A stretch of 64,000 bases of DNA from Eledone cirrhosa (lineage: Eukaryota), in assembly GCA_964016885.1 (NCBI GenBank), contig OZ024750.1:3286001-3350000 (forward strand), written 5' to 3'. The notes below the pieces were generated by a model. It searched no databases, was not told where the DNA came from, and worked only from the letters and a program-made list of their open reading frames with translations. A program made the position numbers and the translations under genes. Positions 43,522-56,375 of the stretch are shown here, one piece after another (within the stretch, counting starts at the first letter, position 1; each line of letters begins with the position of its first letter).

Positions 43522-43989
43522 ATATATATATATATATTTGTTTTTTACATACAAAAATAAACTATTACAATAAAGATTTCTAAAATGTTTTAAAAGACCT
43601 TAGGTCAAGAAACAATTCAATGAAAAGGAACAAGAAATAGTCTCTCTTTATAGAGAAACTATAAACAGGAGAGAATAATGTATTGAAATATGAAACTGGA
43701 TGATTTAGAAAAACAGAAGGTGAGTATTTTGTAAGAAAACAATATATAATATATATAAAAAACAGAATATATAATATATATAAAAAACAGAATATATAAT
43801 ATATATAAAAAACAAAATATATAATATATATAAAAAACAGAATATATAATATATATAAAAACTGTTTTGCCTAGATATGTAATGTAGATTTGAGAGATAA
43901 AAATGTGGAGGTGAAACAAGAAAAACTTGGTTGGAATGAAAGGAATCAAATGAGAGATTTATGTTATCATGGATAATAGGAAACTGACC

Positions 43990-44365
43990 TACTACTACTA
44001 ATACTGATAATACTACTACTACTACTACTGCTACTAATAATACTGATACTACTATGATCACTACTAATACTACTGATACTACTATGATCACTACTAATAC
44101 TACTGATACTACTATGATCACTACTAATACTACTGATACTACTATGATCACTACTAATACTACTGATACAAATACTGCTACTACTACTAAGACTGCTGCT
44201 ACTACTACAGCTGTTGTTAATACTACTACTACTAATATTAATACTACTACAACTACTGCTACTACTAATACTATGCTACTACCACTACTATTACTACCAC
44301 AACTACTACTACTACCACAACTACTACTACTACTACTAACACCACTACTACTAATACTACTACTA
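43990..44365. repeat. (ACT)n-derived repeat including 30-bp units
   Basis: ACTACTATGATCACTACTAATACTACTGAT x4 within (ACT)n. Confidence 0.9.
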
Positions 44366-44619
44366 GTGATGGTTGAAGTGAATTAGTAGAAAGCCAAATT
44401 AATCCGCAATAAAAGATTACTGTAAAGATATGAAACTTAACTTAAGTCCGAGATAATTGGAGCTAAATAATAAAAAACATGTATTAGGCTAAAGATATTT
44501 TATAAATCCTTCTCTATGGAGGCTGAGAGATAAGAAAATTATCGTAAATACAAATAATGGTCAAGTTTTCAGTATTTGATGTCAATAAACTCTGAACTTA
44601 TCACATGATGATGATGATA

Positions 44620-44925
44620 GTTTCTGATTTAGGCACAAGGCCAGCAATTATGGGGAAGGGGGAAAGTCAGTTAAATTGACCCCAGTGCGTGACTGGTACT
44701 TTATTTTATCGACCCTGTAAGGATGAAAGGCAAAGTTCAGCAGGACTTGAACTCAGAATGTAAAGGGCCATAACTATGTTCTGAGATCAAACTCTGTCGA
44801 GGTTAGCTTTGCTTTTCATCCTTAAGGGGTCAATAAAATAAAGTACCAGTAATGCACTGGGGTCGATTTAATCAACTTTTCCCCACCCCAAAATTGCTGG
44901 CCTTGTGCCTAAAGTAGAAACTATT
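44620..44925. mobile_element. Abutting inverted pair of Nin-type SINE fragments
   Basis: A minus copy at about 44620-44778 is joined directly to a plus copy at about 44778-44925. Confidence 0.8.
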
Positions 44926-45020
44926 ATTATTATTATTATTATTCATTAGGATTATATACTATCATCGGAAGAGATAAGACACTATTCAATGTCGGCAATG
45001 GTAAATTTATTCCAGATGTC

Positions 45021-45988
45021 TCCACCATGTGGTCCTGACAGACAGTCCACCATGTGGTCCTGACAGACAGTCCACCATGTGGTCCTGACAGACAGTCCAC
45101 CATGTGGTCCTGACAGACAGTCCACCATGTGGTCCTGACAGTCCACCATGTGTTCCCGACAGTCCACCATGTGGTCCCGACAGTCCACCATGTGGTCCTG
45201 ACAGACAGTCCACCATGTGGTCCTGACAGTCCACCATGTGGTCCTGACAGTCCACCATGTGGTCCTGACAGTCCACCATGTGGTCCTGACAGTCCACCAT
45301 GTGGTCCTGACAGTCCACCATGTGGTCCTGACAGTCCACCATGTGGTCCTGACAGACAGTCCACCATGTGGTCCTGACAGTCCACCATGTGGTCCTGACA
45401 GACAGTCCACCATGTGGTCCCGACAGTCCACCATGTGGTCCCGACAGTCCACCATGTGGTCCTGACAGTCCACCATGTGGTACTGACAGTCCACCATGTG
45501 GTCCTGACAGACAGTCCACCATGTGGTCCTGACAGTCCACCATGTGGTCCTGACAGTCCACCATGTGGTACTGACAGACAGTCCACCATGTGGTCCTGAC
45601 AGTTCACCATGTGGTACTGACAGTCCACCATGTGGTACTGACAGTCCACCATGTGGTCCTGACAGACAGTCCACCATGTGGTCCTGACAGTCCACCATGT
45701 GGTCCTGACAGACAGTCCACCATGTGGTCCCGACAGTCCACCATGTGGTCCCGACAGTCCACCATGTGGTCCTGACAGTCCACCATGTGGTACTGACAGT
45801 CCACCATGTGGTCCTGACAGACAGTCCACCATGTGGTCCTGACAGTCCACCATGTGGTACTGACAGACAGTCCACCATGTGGTCCTGACAGTCCACCATG
45901 TGTTCCTGACAGTCCACCATGTGGTACTGACAGTCCACCATGTGATCCTGACAGTCCACCATGTGATCCTGACAGACAGTCCACCATG
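45021..45988. repeat. 21/25-bp minisatellite, about 44 copies
   Basis: TCCACCATGTGGTCCTGACAG with an optional extra ACAG. Source of ORFs 44939-46397. Confidence 0.95.
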
Positions 45989-46054
45989 ACAGGATGGAGA
46001 AGACAAGCAAGAACACCCACTCATACCTAGGGGTAGACAACTCCACCATGATAG

Positions 46055-46380
46055 CAGTGAGTAGAGATGTGGACCAGGGGTCAAGAACACCAGTGAGTAG
46101 AGATGTGGACCAGGGGCCAAGAACACCAGTGAGTAGAGATGTGGACCAGGGGTCAAGAACACCAGTGAGTAGAGATGTGGACCAGGGGCCAAGAACACCA
46201 GTGAGTAGAGATGTGGACCAGGGGTCAAGAACACCAGTGAGTAGAGATGTGGACCAGGGGCCAAGAACACCAGTGAGTAGAGATGTGGACCAGGGGCCAA
46301 GAACACCAGTGAGTAGAGATGTGGACCAGGGGCCAAGAACACCAGTGAGTAGAGATGTGGACCAGGGGCCAAGAACACCA
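46055..46380. repeat. 36-bp minisatellite x9
   Basis: CAGTGAGTAGAGATGTGGACCAGGGG(C/T)CAAGAACAC. Confidence 0.95.
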
Positions 46381-47105
46381 GAAGTCTCTACTGCCACGTA
46401 CTATAAACTGTCTATGATTTTCAAATAAATTTGAAAATACTGAAGAATATGCTTGGATCATAAGGCTCTTACATAGAATTATGATGGATGGATTTTAGAT
46501 AAATATAAACACATTAAAATAAACAGTGTTTTGTTGTGTCATAGAACCAGAGCAGTTCCAGGTGGTTTGCTACCAAAAGGGGTTAACATAATGTAAACAA
46601 ATCAGTCATTATCTAAATTACAAATTTAACTTTAATTAATAGCTGTTAACGAGAAAGACAAAGACATATATAAGAGACAAATTAGATAATTTAACTTTGT
46701 TTTCAAAATCAGACTAATGTTAAAATAGATATTTTACTATTATGATCTCAAATTGCTGAGACTTGCAGAGAAGATGACGATAGAACGCAGCAAGTGGAAA
46801 GATGGTGCGTTGAAAAGGACCCGTCCAACCCATGCAAGTGTGGAAATATGGAAAAACGATGATGATGATATTGTTTTATTGGTAATTTTCATATCTGGGA
46901 CCTAAATTAATTTGCTGTAATAAAATGATCAATAAACTAATATTTCTTTTTTTGTTTACTGGTTTGTTTGTTTTGTTTTTTTTTGTTGTTTTTTGTCTTT
47001 TTTGTTTTGTTTATCTTTTTTTTTTGGGGGGGGGGGGGTCATAGCTGTTGCTTTTCAGTACAGGCACAAGTTTTACTTTCAATTCTTTCCCCAGACTATC
47101 TTTTA

Positions 47106-47140
<35 letters not shown>

Positions 47141-47408
47141 GTATCCTCAAAAAGTGTATACACACTTCAACAGCATTCTAATATGTGTATACAATTTTGG
47201 GGGACACCCTGTATATGTGTGTGTGTGTGTGTATATATATATATCTATGTGTGTATATATATGTGTGTGTATGTATGTATATATAAATAAATATCAGATT
47301 TAAGAAAGGTATGATAAGTGTAACACTTTATCTGGAACAGGGAAACAGTAAAATAGTGTTAAGTACATAGCAAACAACAACAATATAGAAACACATGGAA
47401 ATACTTAC

Positions 47409-47430
47409 TTTCTTCTTCATCTGCCATCAT
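47409..47430 (-). CDS. Candidate alternative start exon B, coding part MMADEEE+1 nt
   Basis: ACA-ATGATGG start context and donor AAA|GTAAGT. Phase 1. Unique, UTR-like sequence upstream to about 47850. Confidence 0.45.
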
Positions 47431-48008
47431 TGTAACAAAATAATCCAAATGAATCAGAAAACAAACCCCAACCAAACCAAACCAAAATATCTTCAATTCA
47501 TCTCCAAATGAACATTCCAGATATTAATCATTTAAATCCATGTAGCATATAAGACGGAGACGGCGATGAAAGTGTAACATCCACAGAACTTAGAACTTTC
47601 TAAGTGAAGTGAACAGCTCCTAAACATTAGATATATAATAAGATCGCGTGCATAATGATGATATAAACAAAATGATAAGCAAATATAGAGGTATTTCTGT
47701 TGAAATGTTAAGTGTAAAATCTGACATAAGAGTAGATATAGAGAAGACAGGATGGATGGATGGATGGAAGTGTGAGCAGCAGACAACCCTGATATAACCA
47801 GCAGCAGACAAGGCACCTCTCCTACAAAACTAGTTGATTCTATCAACAATCTTTATATGTAGAGGAAGTAAGATAAAGAAGAGAGCTAAGATATATTTTT
47901 AAGTCCAATATGTAATCAAGTTGCCAAAATTTCAGTTGCTTTTCTTTATTAAATCCATTTAATTACATGATTATATGAGGCTGTGTATATATATATATGT
48001 AAATGCAA

Positions 48009-48070
<62 letters not shown>

Positions 48071-48404
48071 GTGTTTGTATGTATATATATATACATGTGT
48101 GTGTATGTGTGTGTGCTTATATTATGAGTGCAAGTGTGTTTGTACATCTGTGAGTGTGAGTGTATGTGTGTATTTGTGTGTGTAAAAATACTACACCGGA
48201 CACTGACAATCGAGTATGATTTAGTAGCATGTACCATGCTTTTGTTAAGGGTTTTAAGTACCCATACAATCATGAGCAGACATATCGAACCTGATACAGT
48301 GAAAATCAAAATGGACCTTAACTGGATTTGAACTTAGAGTATAGAGACCCAGGAGAAATATCCAATCCTCTAATGACTGCAAATGTGACTGCCATGTGTG
48401 TGTG

Positions 48405-48748
48405 TGTGTGTAAAGCACCCAGTACACACTATAAGGTAGTAGTGTTGGTGCCATAAAAGTTCCTAGTGCATGCTGCAAAGTGGTCGGTGTTAGGAAGGGC
48501 ATCTAGCCATAGAAATCATGCTCCCAATACACATTGTAAAGTAGTTGTCATTAGAAAGGGCATCCAGCCATAGAAAACATGTGGCTAGTATATGCTGTAA
48601 AGTGGTTGTCATTAGAAAGGGCATCCAGCTGTAGAAACAAAGCCAGAACAAAACATAGAAGCCTAGTCATCTGACTGGTCTGGTCATGTGACAGCCATCT
48701 AACCCATGAGAACATGGAAAATATACATTAAACAGTGATGATGATGAT
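48405..48748 (+). mobile_element. SINE family B 3' part with internal triplication
   Basis: Three AAAGT.GT.G...TTAG.AAGGGCATC units, then a (GAT)n tail. Confidence 0.75.
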
Positions 48749-50528
48749 TATATATATATATATATATATATGACAGGCTTCTTCACAGTTTCTGTCAACA
48801 AAATTCACTCACAAGGCATTGGTGAGCCTGTGACTATAGTAGAACAAAGACACTTGCCCAACATGTCACAGAATGGAATTGAACCAGTGATGGAAATGTG
48901 TTTTAAGAATTAGGGGTACGTTAACATGCGAGTGTGTGATTGGGAGGGAGTGGTAGTAGACATTATAACCCGCCCCCACCTCGACATTTTACAAGAAACT
49001 GATAAACAAGGGAACAAATATCCCTTACATATCCTCCATTTCCATCACCACATGATACCTGTAACTCTGTACTTGAAAAGCAAACTTCTTCACCACACAC
49101 CTGAAGACAAGATCACAAGATCATAAAATCACTCTCACACATCAAACACAATAATTATATCTTTTAAAGCTGTCTTCTTTTCCAATCTTTTTCTCATTAT
49201 AACATTAAACCTCATATTTATATATATTTTAGGCTCTAATAATTTTGTATGCTCTAATAATTTTATCTACCCGAAATCGTCATCAACTTCAAACAAAAAA
49301 GCTTTTATAATAAGTCAACTCGTGCAAGGTTGTATAACTTGAGAAAGTTCATACCTTGTTATATAATCTTCCAATAAGATTCAGGAGACATTCTTTATAA
49401 ACAAATGGGGAGGGGCTGTCATTATAATACCCAATAGAACTTCTAATCCTACGCAGGTGTAAGCCATAACAACTATAACGACAACAACTAACAATGATAT
49501 TGACCACACAATGTTTCTATGAGGAAACTTCAAAGGCTGACCAAGATACTCTCGTGGAATGACCAAATGAGGTTTATTTTTCAACGTAGTTTCTGGATAG
49601 AAACAACGCAGTTAATAAGAAGAGTTGAAATTAATGTACACAAGATTTCACAACTCTAGCATCACTACAATATATGAGGGTCGGTTGAAAAGTTCAAGGC
49701 TGACCAATATACTCTCATGGAATGCTCAAAGATGAGGTTTATTTTTCAACATAGTCCTTGAATAGAAACAATGCAGTTATTAATAAGAGTTGAAATCAAA
49801 GCATGCAATATTTCACAGCTCTAGCATCAATCCTTCATAGTCAGTCTATGACCATTTCAGCGACAAAGCCTCGTAATTTGTACTTACTCCGGTATTCTCA
49901 GTAGATTTCCATATATCACTATCAATATGAACAATTCTCAGTTGATTAATGAGAATGTCTTTATTAATTAATTAACACATTAGATCTCCTTGTTACTAAT
50001 ATATTACTGGTCCTTACTACTATTTAACATATTAGCTGTCCTTACTATTAATTAACATCATTAGTTTCAGACAAAATCAACGCCAAACATTTCTCTCTCT
50101 CCATCCCCTCCTCTTCCATCCCTCCCTCTCTCTCCTCTTCCATCCCTCACTCTCCCCCTCCATCTCTCTCTCCCCTATCTTTCTCTCTCTCAATATTTTG
50201 GAACAGTTCCTTTAATTCAACTCTCATATTTGTACAATTTCTGGCAATTTTGGTGAAGTGAGTAAAATTATATTTTTCCTGTAGATAAAACGAAAAGAAA
50301 CAGTTTCAATGTCCTAAAATAACATTTAGACAGAGATAGCAAATTGGAAATATTGTTAGAATATCAAAATACTTAGCAGTATTCTTTCTGGCTGTCTGTA
50401 CTCCGAGTTCAAATCCCACCAACCTGGAATTGGCCAAGAAGCGGGGTGAGTAGGACTACAACCCCAACGGGAGTGAGAAGACCAATTGGATTGGATTGGA
50501 ATGGAATGCAAATATGTAGAAATATAAT

Positions 50529-50716
50529 TGTTTCTACTTTAGGCACAAGGCCAGCAATTACCCAGTACATTACTGGTACTTTATTTTATCGACCCCCGTA
50601 AGGATGAAAGGCAAAGTTAACCTCGGCAGGATTTGAACTCAGAATGGAAAGGGCCGTAACTCTATGCTTCAAAGCATGGCGTCCAACCCTCTACCAATAC
50701 TGCCAATCCAACGCCC
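50529..50716 (-). mobile_element. Young Nin-type SINE with perfect 17-bp target-site duplication
   Basis: ATATGTAGAAATATAAT at 50512-50528 and 50717-50733. Confidence 0.9.
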
Positions 50717-51055
50717 ATATGTAGAAATATAATGCTGGTTTATTAGACAGTAACATTTCAGTTATATACCAAGGGAAGAAAATTTATATAATTTTATATT
50801 ATTAATAGTTGAATTATAGTCCAAATGTTTGCTGCTTTCTACTTTTGGGATTGTTTTGCTAATGCAGTTTCATGCAGTTCAGGACATTAAGAGTTAAATT
50901 AATTTACTTATTACAATTCAGTTACACACCATTATCTTTCTTCATACAATCAGCTGGAATAATTTACAATATATCATCTAGACTGTACATTAAGAAACAT
51001 CTTAAATTTTCAGAACTATAACACTAAATGAATACTGCAATTGAAATAATTCATC

Positions 51056-51109
<54 letters not shown>

Positions 51110-51572
51110 TGGGATTTAAACATTATTTGACTGCAAAAATGAAATATAACATATATGTATTAATAAGTATTAAGAGAAGCTAGTGTACTCATGAATATAA
51201 ATGGAAATTTAACCAATAAAAATAAATATCAATCAACAAGAAGAACATTTCAGATGAAATAATTCTGATGAGAAAGAAACAAGTAAATTCTTACGAAGCC
51301 AAGTCAGAGAAGTGTTATCATATTTTACTGAAAGCTGGAATCAAGAAATGAATCTAACCAGAAATATTAACACATGATGAAGACTGACAAGATGAGAATT
51401 GACTTAAGGTAGATCTATCTTCATTGTAATGTGTCAAGGAATAACTACCAAAGATCTTATCACTAAAACATTAAGAACGACACCTTTGACAAAACAATAA
51501 TGGAAAAAATTACCACAAAACAAATTAACTTATCATCATCATCATCTAATATCTATTCTCCATGGGTTAGAT

Positions 51573-52040
51573 CAGTGGTTCCCAACCTTTTTTAACTCGT
51601 GGCCCATTTTGAACCCACAATTTTTCTGTGGCCCATGAAATTTTCATAATTTAAATATATCAAAATTATTTACATACATTTAATTTAATTAATTTAATAA
51701 CTAGTAATCAATAACTGTTTCTACTTTTGGCACAAGGCCAGCAATTACCCAGTACATGACTGGTACTTTATTTTATCGACCCCGTAAGGATGAAAGGCAA
51801 AGTTAACCTCGGCGGGATTTGAACTCAGAATGGAAAGGGCCGTAACTATGCGTCAAAGCATGGCGTCCGACCCTCTACCGATACTGCCAATCCACTGCCC
51901 TCGACTAGTAGTCAATAACACCATTCAATAAGTTGTCGCTCATTTATTAGCCCAGCAGGCCAGTAAAAATTATAAAATTTCTGCAGCCCACCTAAAATTT
52001 GTCACGGCCCATTTTTGTCATGTGGCCATAGATTGGGAAA
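51573..52040. mobile_element. hAT-like MITE interrupted by a Nin-type SINE (51716-51903, minus strand)
   Basis: Starts CAGTGGTTCCCAACC and ends GATTGGGAA. The SINE is flanked by a 16-bp TSD ACTAGTA(A/G)TCAATAAC at 51700 and 51904. Confidence 0.75.
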
Positions 52041-52449
52041 AAAATAAATAATATCAAAATCTCATAAATACGATATTGTGTGAGGTAAAGACTTTACCAC
52101 GAAAATACAATATTATATATCAAGTAATTTAAACGGTAAAGGGTTAATGTTCCCCAATATAGGGACACATAAACAAACCACATAAATTACATATTGCCAA
52201 ATATGACAGATATTTAATGTCTAATGGAACCCTACCTCAAAACAATCACATGATGACATTTTTAATTGTATTTATTGTTTATTTCATTGCAAAAATAATT
52301 AAACTTTTATCATAAAATTCATTATCAAGTAGTTAATTAAAATTATGTTCCTATGTATTTTCTCGTACAGATGGCTTACAAATCTAATAAAAAAACTCGC
52401 TCAATCTTTTGATGCACTTATTTTTGTTGTCAACTACTCCCATAGTGTG

Positions 52450-52494
<45 letters not shown>

Positions 52495-52713
52495 GAGTGT
52501 GTGAGCGTGCGGTTGTGAGTGTGCGGTTGTGAGTGTGCGGTTGTGAGTGTGCAGTTGTGAGTGTGCAGTTGTGAGTGTGCAGTTGTGAGTGTGCATGTGT
52601 GTGTGTCTGTGTGTATGTATGTGTATGTGTATATGTGTGTGTATGTGTGTATGTGTATATGTGTATGTGTGTGTATGTGTGTGTGTGTATGTCTGTGTGT
52701 GTATGTGTATGTC

Positions 52714-52744
<31 letters not shown>

Positions 52745-53624
52745 GTGTGTGTGTGTGTATCTGTGTGTATATGTATGTGTGTGTATGTGTATTCCCTATA
52801 GTAACAATGTTATAACCATCAGCCACTCAACCTTCCATTCCAACACCATTGTCTATCTATTACATCACATTACAAGAACAATGAAATATTAAATTCCCTA
52901 TTTTCATCTATTTTTCCTTCCATAACAATTAACAAAAATATCAAAATACAATTTTAAATCTCATTAAAATCTAATTAGAAACATTAGTATTCTTCATTGA
53001 TTGATTTTGAAAATAAAATTTAAACAATAAACATCCTTTCAAATATAGAATTAAAAATAAATAAGAAAATAAAAACATCCTTCTCAAAGTTTAAACATTA
53101 ATTTTTGACAATAGATGTCTCAAAAATCAAAACCATTTAAAAATAAATTCTAACACCAAATTACAGGTAATTCTGTACTATTTCGGTACAGATGTTTATA
53201 GTATGTGAGGTGGCTGAAAGGTTAGTAAACTGACTATGAAAGATTGATGCTTGAGCTGTGTTGTTAGCTGTCGAGACACTGCATCCTTTAAGGCCTCCAT
53301 GCTTCCCGAGATTCGCCAATACTACACCTAATGTTCCCCCTCCATACACATACACACATGTATATCATGACTCATACACTATTCACTTCCCTGACATTTG
53401 TGTATTATTCTATGTACTATACATACACCTTTGACAAGTTGTAGTGCACCTGAGCACTTTACACAATAATTTCATTATTATTATTTTATTATCTTTCATG
53501 CACAGGCATTAATTTCAACTCTTCTCATTCCATGAGAGTATCTTGGTCACCCTATAAACTTTTCAGCCGATCTCCACTGAACTTATAACATGAAGATATG
53601 TCACTATCTTTACACCAATTATTA

Positions 53625-53685
53625 TATTTTATCTGACGAAAGCGTACTAAAATATTGGTACCCTTGAAATACGTATAATAAAATA
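53625..53685 (+). ncRNA. Minimal type I hammerhead ribozyme, apparently intact (PLE-associated type)
   Basis: Stem I TATTTTAT/ATAAAATA (8 bp). Core CTGACGA. Stem II AAGCGTACTAA/TTGGTACCCTT (one C-C mismatch). GAAA. Palindromic stem III ATACGTAT. AUA triplet, predicted cut after 53677. Confidence 0.8.
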
Positions 53686-53740
53686 AATAGGGTTTTATAA
53701 ATATAGTTTCCATTTATTAATATATATATTATATATATAA

Positions 53741-53946
53741 CGAAGGAAATGTGGTAAGGAACCAGATGGACCATAACGCACCAAAGTACTCAATACTTAG
53801 GGTAGTAGAGTGGGTAATAGGAACAAGTAAGAGCCCGACGGCTGAGCTCAAGCCGTTTCGACGGCTAATTCTGGACTAAAATCATTTTAGTCCAGAATTA
53901 ACCATCGAAACGGCTTGAGCTCAGCCGTCGGGCTCTTACTTGTTCC

Positions 53947-53951
<5 letters not shown>
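53741..53951 (-). mobile_element. PLE-like terminal fragment with 68-bp-arm fold-back inside (TA)n
   Basis: Arms at 53815-53882 and 53884-53951. Homologous to 28941-29107 in opposite orientation. Confidence 0.75.
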
Positions 53952-53992
<41 letters not shown>

Positions 53993-54001
53993 CATTCTTA
54001 C

Positions 54002-54047
54002 CCACACAAAGTCTTCGTCTTCTTCTTCAGCATGGAAAGTGTGTAGG

Positions 54048-54078
<31 letters not shown>

Positions 54079-54253
54079 GATGACGATGAATATGACTGTG
54101 ATGATGATGGTGGTGGTGGTGATGGCGGTAATGGTGATGATGGTGATGATGATGGTGACAGTGGTAGTGGTAGTGATGGTGATGAGGAGGAGGAAGAGGG
54201 GGAAGACCAAAAGACACACTATTAATCCTACACGTCGTTGAAGAGTATTCACA
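54002..54253 (-). other. Candidate 252-nt exon containing a (CAC/CAT)n tract
   Basis: Acceptor tgttttgcttggtttcag| and donor TGG|gtaaga. Length divisible by 3. Phase-0 frame CEYSSTTCRINSVSFGLPPLPPP(H-rich)TFHAEEEDEDFVW. Confidence 0.3.
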
Positions 54254-54804
54254 CTGAAACCAAGCAAAACAGATCAACAAAAGATGTTATACACAAAACG
54301 TTTAGGGTTATACAGTACAGTTAAGACAAACAGTTCCTGAACAACAGTAAAAGATTGGTAGCTTGCCAACTTATAGCTGTATATATAAAGATCTCTTGTA
54401 TGAAGAGGCAGAACATCACAATATGGAAGCCATGTTCATTTTAGTGTGTTAAACATTGCTTTGAAATATATGATTAAAATTAGTCCAACAAAGGATTCCT
54501 CGTCTTTTGGTGATGTTGTGGCCGAGCTTTTGTTATTTAATTTGAATCAGGTGTAATCAGGTTCCTAATTACAATCTAAAAGGAGGGAATATTTTATCAC
54601 ATATTAGGTTGTGTAATCGTAGAAGACAACATCCTGCAGTACTTTTAAAATGTCATCAGTAAATAGGAGGAGAGCAAATGAAGATGTTCCCCGAACAAAT
54701 GTATAGGGAACGAACAAAAGAATAACATTCCTATAACAAAGTTTGGTTTCTAGGAATACATTACGCAATGGTTGTCAATTCAATTAGTAGAATTTAAAAA
54801 ACAT

Positions 54805-54840
<36 letters not shown>

Positions 54841-54857
54841 TATATGTGTGTGTGAAG

Positions 54858-55216
54858 GCGCATGGCTTAGTGGTTAGAGCATTGGGCTTGTAATCAAACG
54901 ATTGTGAGTTCAATTCTCGGACCTATGATGTGTTGTTTCCTTGAGCAAGACACTTTATTTCACATTGCTCCAGTTTACTCAGCTGTAGAAATGAGATGAT
55001 AAGGACTGAGGTCACTATCATTCCACTGCAAAGTGGTCGTGGAGGTGCCACGGCAAAAAAGCACCCAGCACTCACTGTAAATGAGGTTGGTGTTAGGAAG
55101 GGCATCCAGCTGTAGAAATCAAGCTAGAATCAGTTCCCGTATGAGCAAGACAAGGTCAGCCGACCGGACACTGCCCACAACAGGACAAGCCGTCTAACCC
55201 ATGCTAGCATGGAAAA
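54858..55216 (+). mobile_element. Full-length tRNA-headed SINE (family B variant)
   Basis: A-box TGGCTTAGTGG, B-box GAGTTCAATTC and tail AACCCATGCTAGCATGGAAAA. Confidence 0.85.
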
Positions 55217-55271
55217 AGAGAGAAGAATACATACACACGCAGAGAGAGAGGGAGAAAGAGACAAGGAAAGA

Positions 55272-55510
55272 TTTATTATAAATAGAAATGACTTCTACAG
55301 GACTAGAACTGTTTCATTTGTATGAAATCATACAAATGAAACAGTTCTAGTCCTGTACAAGTCACATCTCTATATAATACAGATGCTTATACTCTACCAC
55401 TGTATTGAGTACTTTTATTAACTGTGGACAAAACGATGGCTTACAAATTTAATAAAAAACCTCTCTCAATCTTCTGGTGCACTTATTTTTGTCATCAACT
55501 ACTCCATAGT
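55272..55510 (+). mobile_element. PLE-like terminal fragment with fold-back
   Basis: Arms TGACTTCTACAGGACTAGAACTGTTTCATTTGTATGA / TCATACAAATGAAACAGTTCTAGTCCTGTACAAGTCA. Relative at 18778-18830 (CTGATGA...GAAAC). 3' end shared with 52370-52447. Confidence 0.7.
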
Positions 55511-55874
55511 GTGTGAGTGTGAGTGTGTGAGTGTGAGTGTGTGAGTGTGAGTGTGTGAGTGTGTGTGTGTGCGTGCGTGAGTGTGCTATTATTGATTATT
55601 GATCTGTAACACATGTTATACAGATGATTAGCTCAAGGTCACCTAAGGACTCAACTCCAGCATTGATCTGCTCGACTTCATTGAATCACCAACTCTGACC
55701 AGCAAATTGATGCTGGAATGAGGTCTATAGCTTCCATCAGAGACCTTCGTCCAATCATCTGAGATACTTTATAGTTTTTTATTAATATATACACACTGCC
55801 TGTGTATTGAGTGCTCATATTGGTACCACCACCAGTAATTCACTAAATCACATACTACATACATACACACACAT

Positions 55875-56025
55875 ATATATATAAAAGGTAAACAGAAATA
55901 ACAAAAAAATAACAAAAATAACAAAACAAACGGCACAGTACATGGAAGAAATATATTAGTTAAACACTTGAAATGGCAGGAAGAGAGTCTTAATGTTTCA
56001 GACACTAGTCCTTCATCAGAAGATA
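55875..56025 (-). mobile_element. PLE-like fragment with decayed minimal hammerhead
   Basis: Minus strand reads TCTT-CTGATGA-A-GGAC-TAGT-GTCT-GAAAC-ATT-AAGA. A related truncated copy at 4118-4230 (+) reads GGGC-TTAT-GCCC-GAAACGTC. Confidence 0.65.
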
Positions 56026-56296
56026 GAGTTAGAAATAGAAGATAAATAGAAAGTAAAGAGTGATAAGAGGAAAGGAGGAGAAAAAGGGAGAGAGAGAGAG
56101 AAAACACATGCATATTGAGTCGTCCATTTTGATATATATATATATATATATATCTTTTAAGGTGACTATATGTAACATTTTTTGATATTACCGATTAGCT
56201 TATGAAAGTACTGTACAAAAAGTTTCTAAAATAAAATCTAAAGTAAATTACTCTAAATACAAATAAATAAAGCACAGCAAAAGAAAGTATTTTTAC

Positions 56297-56375
56297 CGGC
56301 ACGTGTTTTAATCTTCTGTCCAAACTCATCGTCTTCTTCAGTTGAAGGGAATGTTTCCGTCATAGATTTTTCCAT
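56297..56375 (-). CDS. Candidate start exon A, coding part MEKSMTETFPSTEEDDEFGQKIKTRA+1 nt (exon 56297-56518 including UTR)
   Basis: Strong acceptor tttctattttctttctgttgcag| before 56518, in-frame TAA upstream of GAC-ATG-G, donor CCG|gtaaaa. Phase 1. Confidence 0.55.

Noticed and set aside
44939-46428. 479-aa and 471-aa ORFs
   Set aside because: Read-through of the 21/25-bp and 36-bp arrays, with frames shifting as unit length changes.
51261-51289. AATT-CTGATGA-GAAA-GAAAC-AA-GTA-AATT hammerhead-like string
   Set aside because: No stem II and only a 4-bp AT stem I. Likely chance.
54858-54925. tRNA gene-like sequence
   Set aside because: The A/B boxes belong to a SINE head continuous with the SINE body, and there is no proper cloverleaf.
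55621-55761. Imperfect inverted repeat as a pre-miRNA
   Set aside because: Many mismatches and indels. More consistent with an old MITE.
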